From assembly GCA_963770205.1 (NCBI GenBank), contig CAVYOS010000032.1, forward strand, positions 23,432 through 87,431: DNA of 64,000 nucleotides, read 5' to 3'. Below, piece after piece: positions 37,863 to 46,460 of the stretch (the first letter of the stretch is position 1; each line of letters starts with the position of its first letter). The notes under the pieces are model-generated. The model was not told where the DNA came from, did not search any database, and worked only from the letters and a program-made list of their open reading frames with translations. The position numbers were made by a program, and so were the translations under genes. The stretch comes from an uncultured Alphaproteobacteria bacterium. GTDB taxonomy: Bacteria; Pseudomonadota; Alphaproteobacteria; Rhizobiales; Aestuariivirgaceae.

Positions 37863-38789
37863 TTATTTTGCCCCGGCATCAAGCGGGCGATAGGCAACCG
37901 CGATCAGGGCTGCGATGCGTGCATTGTGGCTGATGAGCGCCTTATTGGCCGCCATGCTGCGGCCGCCCGTGAACTCCGAGACCCGCGCCAGGAGATACGG
38001 CGTGACATCCTTCTGGGCGATTCCCTGCGCCTGAGCCGCCGATAATGCTTTCTCGATGGCGGTATCGATCGCCCGCCCGTCGAGTCCGTCGGCGTCGGGA
38101 ATGGGATTGGCGATCAGCACCCCCCCGCCGCCCATTGCCCAGTGGCAGGCGATTGCCTCGGCGACACTCTCTGCATTGTCAAATCGCTGATCGAGCCTTA
38201 CCCCGCTGCTGCGCGAGAAAAACGCCGGGAACTCCGACGTGCGATAGCCAAGGACCGGCACCGAGAGTGTTTCTAGAATTTCGGCCGTTTTGCCGATGTC
38301 GAGGATCGATTTCACGCCTGCCGACACCACAGCCACCTGGGTCCGCGCCAGTTCGGCAAGATCGGCCGATATGTCGAAGCTTGTTTCCGCGCCGCGGTGA
38401 ACCCCGCCGATGCCGCCCGTGGCGAACACCCTGATGCCTGCGCCGGCCGCAATGCACATCGTAGCGGCAACCGTGGTTCCCGCCGTTGCGCCCTTTGCCA
38501 TCAGCGGGCCGATATCGCGACGTGATGCTTTACTGGCGTCCTCGGCCTTTGCCAGCATGGCGATTTCCGATTTGCTCAAGCCCGCACGCAATCTGCCCGC
38601 GACGATCGCTATGGTCGCTGGAAAGGCGCCGTTCTCTTGAACGATTCGTTCCGCTGTGAGAGCGGTCTCGAGATTTTCAGGATAAGGCAGCCCATGGGTT
38701 ATAATTGTCGATTCGAGGGCCACGAGCGGCCGTCCGTCATTCCTCGCTTGCCGAACGTCCTTCGACATTTCAATGAGATCGCTCCTCAT
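37863..38789 (-). CDS. psuG: Pseudouridine-5'-phosphate glycosidase
   Basis: LVALESTIITHGLPYPENL and GGIGGVHRG motifs; 308 aa. Confidence 0.92.
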   Translation of the reverse strand: MRSDLIEMSKDVRQARNDGRPLVALESTIITHGLPYPENLETALTAERIVQENGAFPATIAIVAGRLRAGLSKSEIAMLAKAEDASKASRRDIGPLMAKGATAGTTVAATMCIAAGAGIRVFATGGIGGVHRGAETSFDISADLAELARTQVAVVSAGVKSILDIGKTAEILETLSVPVLGYRTSEFPAFFSRSSGVRLDQRFDNAESVAEAIACHWAMGGGGVLIANPIPDADGLDGRAIDTAIEKALSAAQAQGIAQKDVTPYLLARVSEFTGGRSMAANKALISHNARIAALIAVAYRPLDAGAK

Positions 38790-39748
38790 CCCCTGTTGGC
38801 CTCGGCCACGATCCGCTGCCGCCGCTCAGCTTCGTTCCTGTCGAATTCTTGCGGAATGGATCTCGGCGAGTTGAGGGCGGCCTGAGCGCAGGCCATGCCG
38901 AATTCGACCGCCTGGCGCAGGCTCGCTCCTTCGAGACAGCCGAGAAACGCTCCCGCGGCCAGGGCATCGCCGGCACCACTCACATTCGCGACCTCGGTCT
39001 GCGGCATTGTCAGCGCGAAGATGCCGGTTTCATCGCCGGCTCTGACGCCATGCCGGCCCTCGCCGAGAATGACGGCCTGGGCGCCACGCCCGCGCAAGGC
39101 CGCGACGGCCTGATCAAGCCGGTCCGTTCCGGCAAGCGCCATTGCTTCGTCACGGTTGAGGCACAAAAGGCGGATCCCTCTAAGATCGTTTCCAAGCCGC
39201 TGCGATTTCGCCAGTGAAACTGCATCGATGGCAAGGGGTAGATGAGCTATCCGGCAGTGCGTGCGCAGCGTGGTGAGCGCGTCGGCGGCCAGATTGCAGT
39301 CGGCGAACACACCGGCAATGTTGCCGGCCGCTTCCAGAGGAGTCTCGCAGAACCGCTCGTCCATGTCGTCGAAAATATCCATGTCGGCAACAGCCGCAAA
39401 GAGCTCGCCGCGATGGAACACGCCGATATATTCAGCTGTCCGTCTTTGCCTGTTCACCGCAACGAGTGCGCCGTCGATGCGGCAGGCTTCAATCCGCCTC
39501 TTGAGCCCTGCGCCTGCCTCATCCGCGCCCACCATGCTGGCCAGCACCGCTTCTGCACCGAGCCGAACCAGCACCTCCGCGGCATTTCGGGCCACGCCGC
39601 CGTCGCTTGTCCAACCCCTTGCCGGGTTCGAGGTGCCGATTCTCGGCGCTCCTGCCGTTTCATAGAAACGATCGATGGTGGCGCCGCCGATGCACAGGAC
39701 GCGCCTTGGCGCTGCTACTGGCTTGCCCAGATGATCCGCGCGATCCAC
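38786..39748 (-). CDS. psuK: PfkB-family carbohydrate kinase, probable pseudouridine kinase
   Basis: PfkB motifs (VLCIGGATIDR and NVSGAGDALAAG). It has a 4-nt overlap with psuG downstream. Confidence 0.8.
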   Translation of the reverse strand: MDRADHLGKPVAAPRRVLCIGGATIDRFYETAGAPRIGTSNPARGWTSDGGVARNAAEVLVRLGAEAVLASMVGADEAGAGLKRRIEACRIDGALVAVNRQRRTAEYIGVFHRGELFAAVADMDIFDDMDERFCETPLEAAGNIAGVFADCNLAADALTTLRTHCRIAHLPLAIDAVSLAKSQRLGNDLRGIRLLCLNRDEAMALAGTDRLDQAVAALRGRGAQAVILGEGRHGVRAGDETGIFALTMPQTEVANVSGAGDALAAGAFLGCLEGASLRQAVEFGMACAQAALNSPRSIPQEFDRNEAERRQRIVAEANRG

Positions 39749-40350
39749 ACCACGTCCTCGGTGGAGACCGACTTCGTCTCATGGTCGGGATTGAACGAAG
39801 CGAGTTCGACTGATTTCGCCGACTGCCGCTGCAGGATCTTCGCCATCACCTCGCCGCGCTTCGTGCGCACCACCACGCGGTCTCCCCGCCTGATATTGCC
39901 GTTCGGCGAGACGATGATGATATCGCCCTGCCGGTAGACGGGCTGCATGCTGTCGCCGGTGATCTCCAGCGCATAGGCATTGAGATCCTTCACGCCGGGC
40001 ACGGTGATCTCGTCCCATCCGCTGCCGACCGGAAATCCGGCGTCGTCGAAATAGCCGCCCTTGCCGGCCTTGGCGAAGCCGATGAGAGGAATGGTCGTCC
40101 TCATCTTCTCCATGCCCTTGCGTCCGGTGAGCAGGATCATGAACTCATCGACACTGCTCCCGACCGCGCCGATTACCTTCGAAATGCTCTCTGTCGTCGG
40201 CCAGCGTTCGCGCCCCTCCGGGCCTTTCCGCTTGGAGGGATTGAATGCGGTGGGATCCAGCCCGGCTTTTTTGGCCAGCGCCGAGGCCGAAAGCCCATGT
40301 TTTTCAGCGAGCGCGTCGATAGCGCCCCAGACTTGCTTATGTGTCAGCAT
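39715..40350 (-). CDS. HTH (XRE-like) plus S24 peptidase (LexA/CI-type) transcriptional repressor
   Basis: N-terminal HTH (WGAIDALAEKHGLSASALAKKAGL) and C-terminal S24 domain (LEITGDSMQPVYRQGDIIIV). ATG 40350 has an AGGAAAG Shine-Dalgarno. Its 3' end overlaps the psuK start by 34 nt. Confidence 0.8.
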   Translation of the reverse strand: MLTHKQVWGAIDALAEKHGLSASALAKKAGLDPTAFNPSKRKGPEGRERWPTTESISKVIGAVGSSVDEFMILLTGRKGMEKMRTTIPLIGFAKAGKGGYFDDAGFPVGSGWDEITVPGVKDLNAYALEITGDSMQPVYRQGDIIIVSPNGNIRRGDRVVVRTKRGEVMAKILQRQSAKSVELASFNPDHETKSVSTEDVVWIARIIWASQ

Positions 40351-40462
40351 TGCCGCTTTCCTCTCTGCAACTTGCATCAATTCCTAGGAAGTAATGCCGT
40401 GTTCTGCGGCGTTTGTCTAGGGGGTTGAAGCGGTTTTCGGCAAACTTTAGGTTCCGAGGGCT

Positions 40463-40822
40463 ATGGACCCAGGGCACCCCTCGCTTCTCTTTAAAATCTG
40501 TGCTTTGGCCGATTGGAGCGCTTCCGTTGCGACAGGCACCTACCAGGGGTCGGCCGACGACCGGCGCGATGGCTTCATCCATCTCTCGGCCGCTAACCAG
40601 CTTCCGCGCACTCTGGAAACCCATTTTGGCTCTCAGACCGGTCTGGTCCTCGTCGCCCTTAAGGCAGCAGCCCTCGGCCCTGGCTTGAAATGGGAACCCT
40701 CGCGCTCCGGCGAGCTGTTTCCGCATGTTTACGGACCCTTGCCGGCCTCGGCCGCTTTGTGGGTTCGCGAGATCCCGGATTCCGGACGTGATGAATTTCT
40801 GAGTGAGCTGGCCCGGCCATGA
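40463..40822 (+). CDS. DUF952 domain protein
   Basis: LFKIC....W........Y.GS..D..DGFIHLS...Q...T....F and GELFPHVYGPL are hallmark DUF952 sequence. Confidence 0.85.
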   Translation: MDPGHPSLLFKICALADWSASVATGTYQGSADDRRDGFIHLSAANQLPRTLETHFGSQTGLVLVALKAAALGPGLKWEPSRSGELFPHVYGPLPASAALWVREIPDSGRDEFLSELARP

Positions 40823-41869
40823 GGGCCTATAGCCTGCTCCGTCCGCTTCTGTTCATGCTTCCACCGGAACGCGCGCACCTTTTGGCCCTTGCGGCACTTG
40901 AATGGCGCCTCCTGCCGGAAAGGCTTCAGCCCGATACGTTGAAAGTCGAGCTTTGGGACCTGACCTTTCCCAATCCGGTCGGTGTCGCCGCCGGTTTCGA
41001 CAAGAATGCCGAGGCGGCCTGCGGTCTCTTTTCCCTCGGCTTCGGCTTTGTTGAACTCGGAACATTGACGCCATTGCCCCAGCCCGGCAATCCCCAGCCC
41101 CGCCTGTTCCGCCTCCTCGAAGACGGGGCGCTGATCAACCGTCTGGGCTTCAACAATTCCGGCCACGCCGCCGCTCTTGCCCGGCTGAGGGCGCGCGCCG
41201 CATCGGGAATCATGGGCGTCAACATCGGGGCCAATAGGGATTCTGCCGATCGTATCGGCGATTATGTGAAGGCCCTCGGCACGTTCAACGACACCGCAAG
41301 CTATATCGCTGTCAATATCTCCTCGCCCAATACGCCCGGGCCTTCGCGCCCTTCAGTCGCAGAAGGAACTGAGTCTGCTCCTGAGCCGCCTGACCGAAAC
41401 GCGCCGTGCCTTGTCCAATCCCAAGCCCCTGCTTCTAAAAATCGCGCCGGACCTGTCAAACGAGGAGCTTGCCGACATTGCCGAACTGTCGCTTGCCAAC
41501 GGCATCGACGGTCTGATCATATCCAACACAACTCTCAGCCGGCCATCGCTGAGGTCGTCTTATGCCTCCGAGCAGGGCGGCCTCTCCGGCCGGCCCTTAT
41601 TTGAGCTGTCGACGCGCAAGCTCGCGCAGCTCTATCATCTCACCAGAGGCAGATTGCCGCTGATTGGCGTTGGCGGTGTTTCCTCTGCTGAAACCGCTTG
41701 GCAGAAAATCCGGGCCGGCGCTTCCCTCGTTCAGCTCTACACCGCTTTGATCTATGAGGGGCCCTCGCTCATCGCCGACGTGGTGCAGGGCCTCGCTCAA
41801 AAGCTCAAGGCGTCCGGGAAAAATTCGCTACGCGAAATCACCGGCACCGGCGTTTCCGATTGGCTCTAG
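40819..41869 (+). pseudogene. pyrD: Dihydroorotate dehydrogenase (quinone, class 2), apparent +1 frameshift at about 41336-41343
   Basis: ORF 40819.. carries the N-terminus up to NISSPNTPG. The next frame reads LRALQSQKELSLLLSRLTETRRALSNPKPLLLKIAPDL... through ORF 41411..41869. The junction lies in CCCGGGCC. Confidence 0.9.
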
Positions 41870-43194
41870 GCGGCCTGGAAGCTCGCCCGTTCGAGCGCCG
41901 GCAGGCGCACGCCGAGCGTGATGGCGCGTATCACGAAAAATATATTGAGCGCCACCCACAGGCCGTGGTTGCCCCATGCCCGCGCCGCGAACCACCACAC
42001 CACCAGATAAACGAGAATGCTGATGATCATCATGTTGCGCATGTCGGCAGTGCGTGTCGCGCCGGTGAAGATTCCATCGAGCTGGAAGCAAATTACGCCG
42101 AGGATCGACGACAGCGCCACCCACGGCAGATAGATCCGTGCCGTCTGTCTCACATCCTCATTCACCGCCAGCATGTCGATGATGGCCGGCCCCGCCACGT
42201 AAATGATGGCAGAGAGGACGCAGCCGATCACCAGCGCCCAGGCAGTTGATATGACGATGGCGTCCCGGTAGCGCGGCCGGTTCCGGGCCCCGACGGCTTG
42301 GCCCACCAGCGCCTCCGCCGCATAGGCGAACCCGTCGATGAGAAAGGCCGAGACTTCGAAACAATGCATCAGCACCGCATTGGCCGAAACGACAACGTCG
42401 CCTGCCTTTGCGCCCTGCGTGGCATGCCACCAGAAGGCAAAAACCAGGCACCAGGTCCTGACCATGATGTCGCCGTTGATCGAAATTGTGCGCTTGAATT
42501 TCGCGGCATCGAAAATCTGCTTGGGCTCGAAGCGCCAGTGCCGCCGTTTCATTTCCCGCCGGATGAGAAAGAACCCCAGGCTCGCCGCCCCGATCTCGGC
42601 GATGAGCGTGCCGAGGGCAACGCCGTCGGCGGTCATGCCGAGGCCAAGAACGAAAAAGCAATCGAGCGCGATATTGCTGAGATTGAGAAAAAGCTGCAGG
42701 AGCAGCGCCAGCTTTGCGCGGCCCTGGCCGATAAACCAGCCGAGCATCACGAAACTTGCCAAGGCGAAGGGCGCCGACCAAATTCGAATGCGGAAATAAA
42801 TCGCCGCCTGTTCCTCGACCGCAGCCGAGCCTTGGATGAGGGTGAGGATCAAGTCCTCGAGGAGTGGGCTTGCTGCGATCAGCGCTGCGCCGCAGACCAG
42901 CGCCACGACGAACGCACGGCCGAGCACCGCAACCAGTTCTGCATCGTTCTTTGCACCGAAGGCCTGGGCCGAAAGCCCGCTCGTGCCGAGTCGCAAGAAC
43001 CCGAATCCCCAATAGAGGAAGCTGAAGATCAGAGCCGCAATGGCAATCGCGCCGATGTAATGCGATTCAGGCAGTCGTCCGATCACGGCGGTATTGACGA
43101 CACCGATCAGCGGCTCCGATACGTTCGACAGCATGATCGGTATGGCGATCGCCAGCACATGCCGGTTTGTGATCTTCGCTTGAACGGTCGCCAT
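41866..43194 (-). CDS. MATE family efflux transporter
   Basis: 12-TM protein. The N-terminus MATVQAKITNRHVLAIAIPIMLSNVSEPLIGVVNTAVIGRL is typical of NorM/DinF-type MATE pumps. ATG 43194 was chosen. Confidence 0.88.
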   Translation of the reverse strand: MATVQAKITNRHVLAIAIPIMLSNVSEPLIGVVNTAVIGRLPESHYIGAIAIAALIFSFLYWGFGFLRLGTSGLSAQAFGAKNDAELVAVLGRAFVVALVCGAALIAASPLLEDLILTLIQGSAAVEEQAAIYFRIRIWSAPFALASFVMLGWFIGQGRAKLALLLQLFLNLSNIALDCFFVLGLGMTADGVALGTLIAEIGAASLGFFLIRREMKRRHWRFEPKQIFDAAKFKRTISINGDIMVRTWCLVFAFWWHATQGAKAGDVVVSANAVLMHCFEVSAFLIDGFAYAAEALVGQAVGARNRPRYRDAIVISTAWALVIGCVLSAIIYVAGPAIIDMLAVNEDVRQTARIYLPWVALSSILGVICFQLDGIFTGATRTADMRNMMIISILVYLVVWWFAARAWGNHGLWVALNIFFVIRAITLGVRLPALERASFQAA

Positions 43195-43226
43195 GTCGGG
43201 GAACCTCGGCCGGAGCCGCGGGCTTG

Positions 43227-43250
43227 TGACAGTGGTTGTCAGCCCTGTCA
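43227..43250. promoter_or_regulatory. Inverted repeat plus a third half-site in the MATE/helicase divergent spacer (candidate operator)
   Basis: TGACA-gtggt-TGTCA (43227-43241), followed by a further TGTCA at 43246-43250. It lies 22-45 nt upstream of the helicase ATG. Confidence 0.35.
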
Positions 43251-43272
43251 AGGCGCGGCACCCTGGGCCGTC

Positions 43273-45772
43273 ATGGATGAAATGCAATTGGAATCAATGC
43301 TGCCCGCAGCCTTTGCCGCCTGGTTCCGCGCAAAAGGTTGGGCGCCGCGCCGCCATCAGCTTGCGGTCATTGCTTCGATCCGGCAGGGCAGGGATACGCT
43401 TCTCATCGCCCCAACCGGAGGAGGCAAGACCCTCGCCGGCTTTCTGCCGAGCCTCATCGAACTCGCATCGGGACGCGGACAGGGAATTCATACTCTTTAC
43501 GTATCCCCGCTGAAGGCGCTTGCCGTCGACATTGCCCGCAATCTCCAGGCACCGGTGCGGGATATGGGCCTTGATGTGGCAATCGAGACCCGAACCGGCG
43601 ACACCCCGGCTCACAAGCGCCGCCGCCAGCGCTCGGCACCGCCCGATATTCTCATCATCACGCCCGAGCAGCTGGCGCTGATGATTGCCGATGCCCACGC
43701 GCCACGTCTCTTCCGTTCCCTGCGCATTCTGATTCTCGACGAGCTGCACGCGCTCGTTGCCTCCAAGCGCGGCGCGCTTCTGTCGCTCGCACTTGCGCGG
43801 CTGGCAAGCCTCGCGCCCGAGGCGCGCCGCATCGGTCTCTCGGCCACTATCGCCAGGCCCGACCTTCTCCAGGCGTGGCTGGTGCCGCAGCCTGAAATCG
43901 GCGGGCCCCATCGGGCCGAACTCGTTCAAGGCGAGCCCGGCGCGCTGCCGGAGCTTACCATATTGAAATCCGTCGAGCGCGTGCCCTGGTCGGGCCATTC
44001 CGCCCGCTATTCCATCGGTGAGATTTACGAGGCGATCAGCGCCTCGCGCCTCGCGCTGATTTTCGTCAACACCCGTTCCCAGGCCGAAGTCATTTTCCAG
44101 GAGTTGTGGCACGCAAACGAAGAGACGCTGGCCATAGCGCTGCACCACGGCTCCCTCGATGTCGCTCAGCGCCGCAAGGTCGAAGCCGCCATGGCGCAGG
44201 GAAAGCTCAGGGCGGTTGTTTGCACCTCCACCCTCGATCTCGGCATCGATTGGGGTGATGTCGATCTCGTCATCCATATCGGCGCGCCCAAGGGGTCGAG
44301 CCGTCTCATCCAGCGTATCGGCCGTTCCAACCATCGCCTTGATGAACCTTCCCGCGCCTTGCTGGTGCCGTCGAATCGTTTCGAGGTTCTGGAATGCGAG
44401 GCCGCCCGCGTCGCGGTCCGCGAGGGCTTCCAGGATTCCGAGGCGATGACCCTGAAGAAGCTCGACGTTCTTGCCCAGCATATCTGGGGGACAGCCGTAT
44501 CGGCGCCGTTCCACCCCGACCAACTTTACGCAGAGGTGCGCAGCGCTTTCGCCTATCGCACCCTCACGCGCCGGGAATTCGATCAGGCCGTCGATTTCGT
44601 CGCTACCGGCGGCTATGCGCTGAAGTCCTACGAGCGCTATGCCAAGCTCAAGCCGCTTCCCGATGGCAGGCTCCGCCTCGCCCATCCGCGTTTTGCCCAG
44701 AGCTACCGCCTCAACGTCGGCACTATTGTCGAGGCGGAGATGCTGAAAGTCCGCCTCGTCAAACCCAGGCGCACCGGCGGCAAGGTCATGTCGTCTTTCG
44801 GCCGCCTTCTTGGCGAGGTTGAGGAGTGGTTCATCAACGCTTTGAAGATCGGCGATACCTTCATGTTCGCGGGCGAGATCGTGAGGCTGGAATCGGTAGA
44901 AGAATTGACGGCATTCGTCTCCCGCGCCAAATCATCGGAGCCCGCGATCCCGTCTTATCTCGGGGGGAAATTTCCCCTCTCGACCTTTCTTGCCGCTCGC
45001 GTCCGCGAGATGCTGGCGGATCCCGCCAAACAGGCAATGCTGCCACGCCAAGTGCGCGACTGGCTGGCCCTCCAGCGCCATGCCTCGGTGCTCCCTCATG
45101 CCCAAGAGATGCTGGTGGAGACATTTCCCCGTGGCAATCGCCATTATCTCGTCTGCTATCCTTTCGAAGGCCGCCTCGCGCATCAAACCCTAGGCATGCT
45201 GCTGACGCGGAGGCTAGACCGCATCGGCGCCCACCCCCTGGGCTTCGTCGCCAGCGAATACGCGCTTGCCGTCTGGGCGCTGCGCGATTTCAACTTGCTG
45301 ATCTCTTCCGGCCGCCTGAGCCTTGCCGAGCTTTTCGACGAGGATATGCTGGGCGACGATCTCGATGCCTGGCTTGCCGAATCCATGCTGATGAAGCGCA
45401 CGTTTCGTGCCTGTGCCACCATCGCCGGATTGATCGAGCGGCGTTCCATCGCGCGCGAGAAAACCGGTCGTCAGATGACGGTGTCCTCCGATCTGATCTT
45501 CGATGTTTTGAGAAGCCACCAACCCGACCACATCCTTCTCCGCGCCGCCTGGGAGGACGCTGCGGAAGGCCTTATCGACGCGCAGGAGACTTGCCGACCT
45601 GCTTGCACGAATCAAAGGAAACATCCTTCATCGGGCCCTGGACAGAATTTCTCCGCTTTCCGTGCCTGTAATGTTGGATATCGGCCGGGAACCGGTTTAT
45701 GGCGAGGCCAATGATGCACTTCTCGAGGAAGCTGCAAGAGCTCTCATGGACGAGGCGCGCGGCGCAGGGTAG
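43273..45772 (+). pseudogene. Ligase-associated DNA damage response DEXH-box helicase (Lhr-core-like), apparent +1 frameshift near 45589
   Basis: APTGGGKTLAGFLP and ILDELH motifs, with helicase C and winged-helix regions. After ...GLIDAQE the next frame reads LADLLARIKGNILHRALDRISPLSVPVMLDIGREPVYGEANDALLEEAARALMDEARGAG*, a typical C-terminus. The first 975 nt of ORF 42298..45714 are antisense to the MATE gene and are not part of this gene. Confidence 0.85.
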
Positions 45773-46454
45773 CCGGCACTGCGCCTTGCTTGCCTTGGGA
45801 GGACTAGAGCTTCTGCCCGATCTTTCCGGCGCGCTCTACGTTCCCGACTATCGCTCGCTCCTCGTGGCCGATCTGCACTTCGAGAAGGGCTCGAGCTTCC
45901 TGCGCCGCGGGCTCTATATTCCGCCCTTCGACACACGCTCCACTCTCGCTGTGCTCGAGGCTGCCATTGCTCGGCTGAGGCCCGAAAGGCTGATCGCTTT
46001 GGGCGACAGCTTTCATGATTGCAGCGCCGGTGACCGGATCGATGCGGTTGATTTGGCGCGCATTCGCAGCCTTTCCGATTGTCTCGACGTCATCTGGATA
46101 AACGGCAACCACGACCAGAAACTGCCCGACGGCCTTGGCGGCAGGACGGCGGCCGAGGTTTCATTGGGTCCCCTCACTCTGCGCCATCTGCCCGAGCCGA
46201 TGCTTTCCGGCACCTTTGAGATCGCCGGACATTATCACCCCATCGCCTCTATCGTGCGGCGTGGCCGCCGCCTGACCTCCCGCAGTTTCGTCGCCGATCG
46301 CTCGAGGCTGATCATGCCTGCCTTCGGTGCTTACACCGGCGGGCTGGATGTGCGCGCACCTGAAATTTCCTCGCTCTTTTCGGAGCAGGCGTTCACGGCC
46401 TGGATGATCGGCCGCTCGGCAATTTACAGCTTTTCTTCTGCCGTGCTGAAGTGA
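45699..46454 (+). CDS. pdeM: Ligase-associated DNA damage response endonuclease PdeM (metallophosphoesterase)
   Basis: LLVADLHFEKGSSF, ALGDSFHD and INGNHD motifs. The true start is uncertain; TTG 45786 or 45795 lies just after the restored helicase stop at 45772. Confidence 0.8.
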   Translation: MARPMMHFSRKLQELSWTRRAAQGSRHCALLALGGLELLPDLSGALYVPDYRSLLVADLHFEKGSSFLRRGLYIPPFDTRSTLAVLEAAIARLRPERLIALGDSFHDCSAGDRIDAVDLARIRSLSDCLDVIWINGNHDQKLPDGLGGRTAAEVSLGPLTLRHLPEPMLSGTFEIAGHYHPIASIVRRGRRLTSRSFVADRSRLIMPAFGAYTGGLDVRAPEISSLFSEQAFTAWMIGRSAIYSFSSAVLK

Positions 46455-46460
46455 ATACGA

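Noticed and set aside
42298-43272. The first ~325 codons of the 1138-aa ORF 42298..45714 as an N-terminal extension of the DEXH helicase
   Set aside because: This part is exactly antisense to the well-supported MATE transporter gene (41866..43194). It is Arg/Asp/Glu/His-rich with no helicase motifs. The helicase N-terminus (MDEMQLESMLPAAFAAWF...) starts at ATG 43273.
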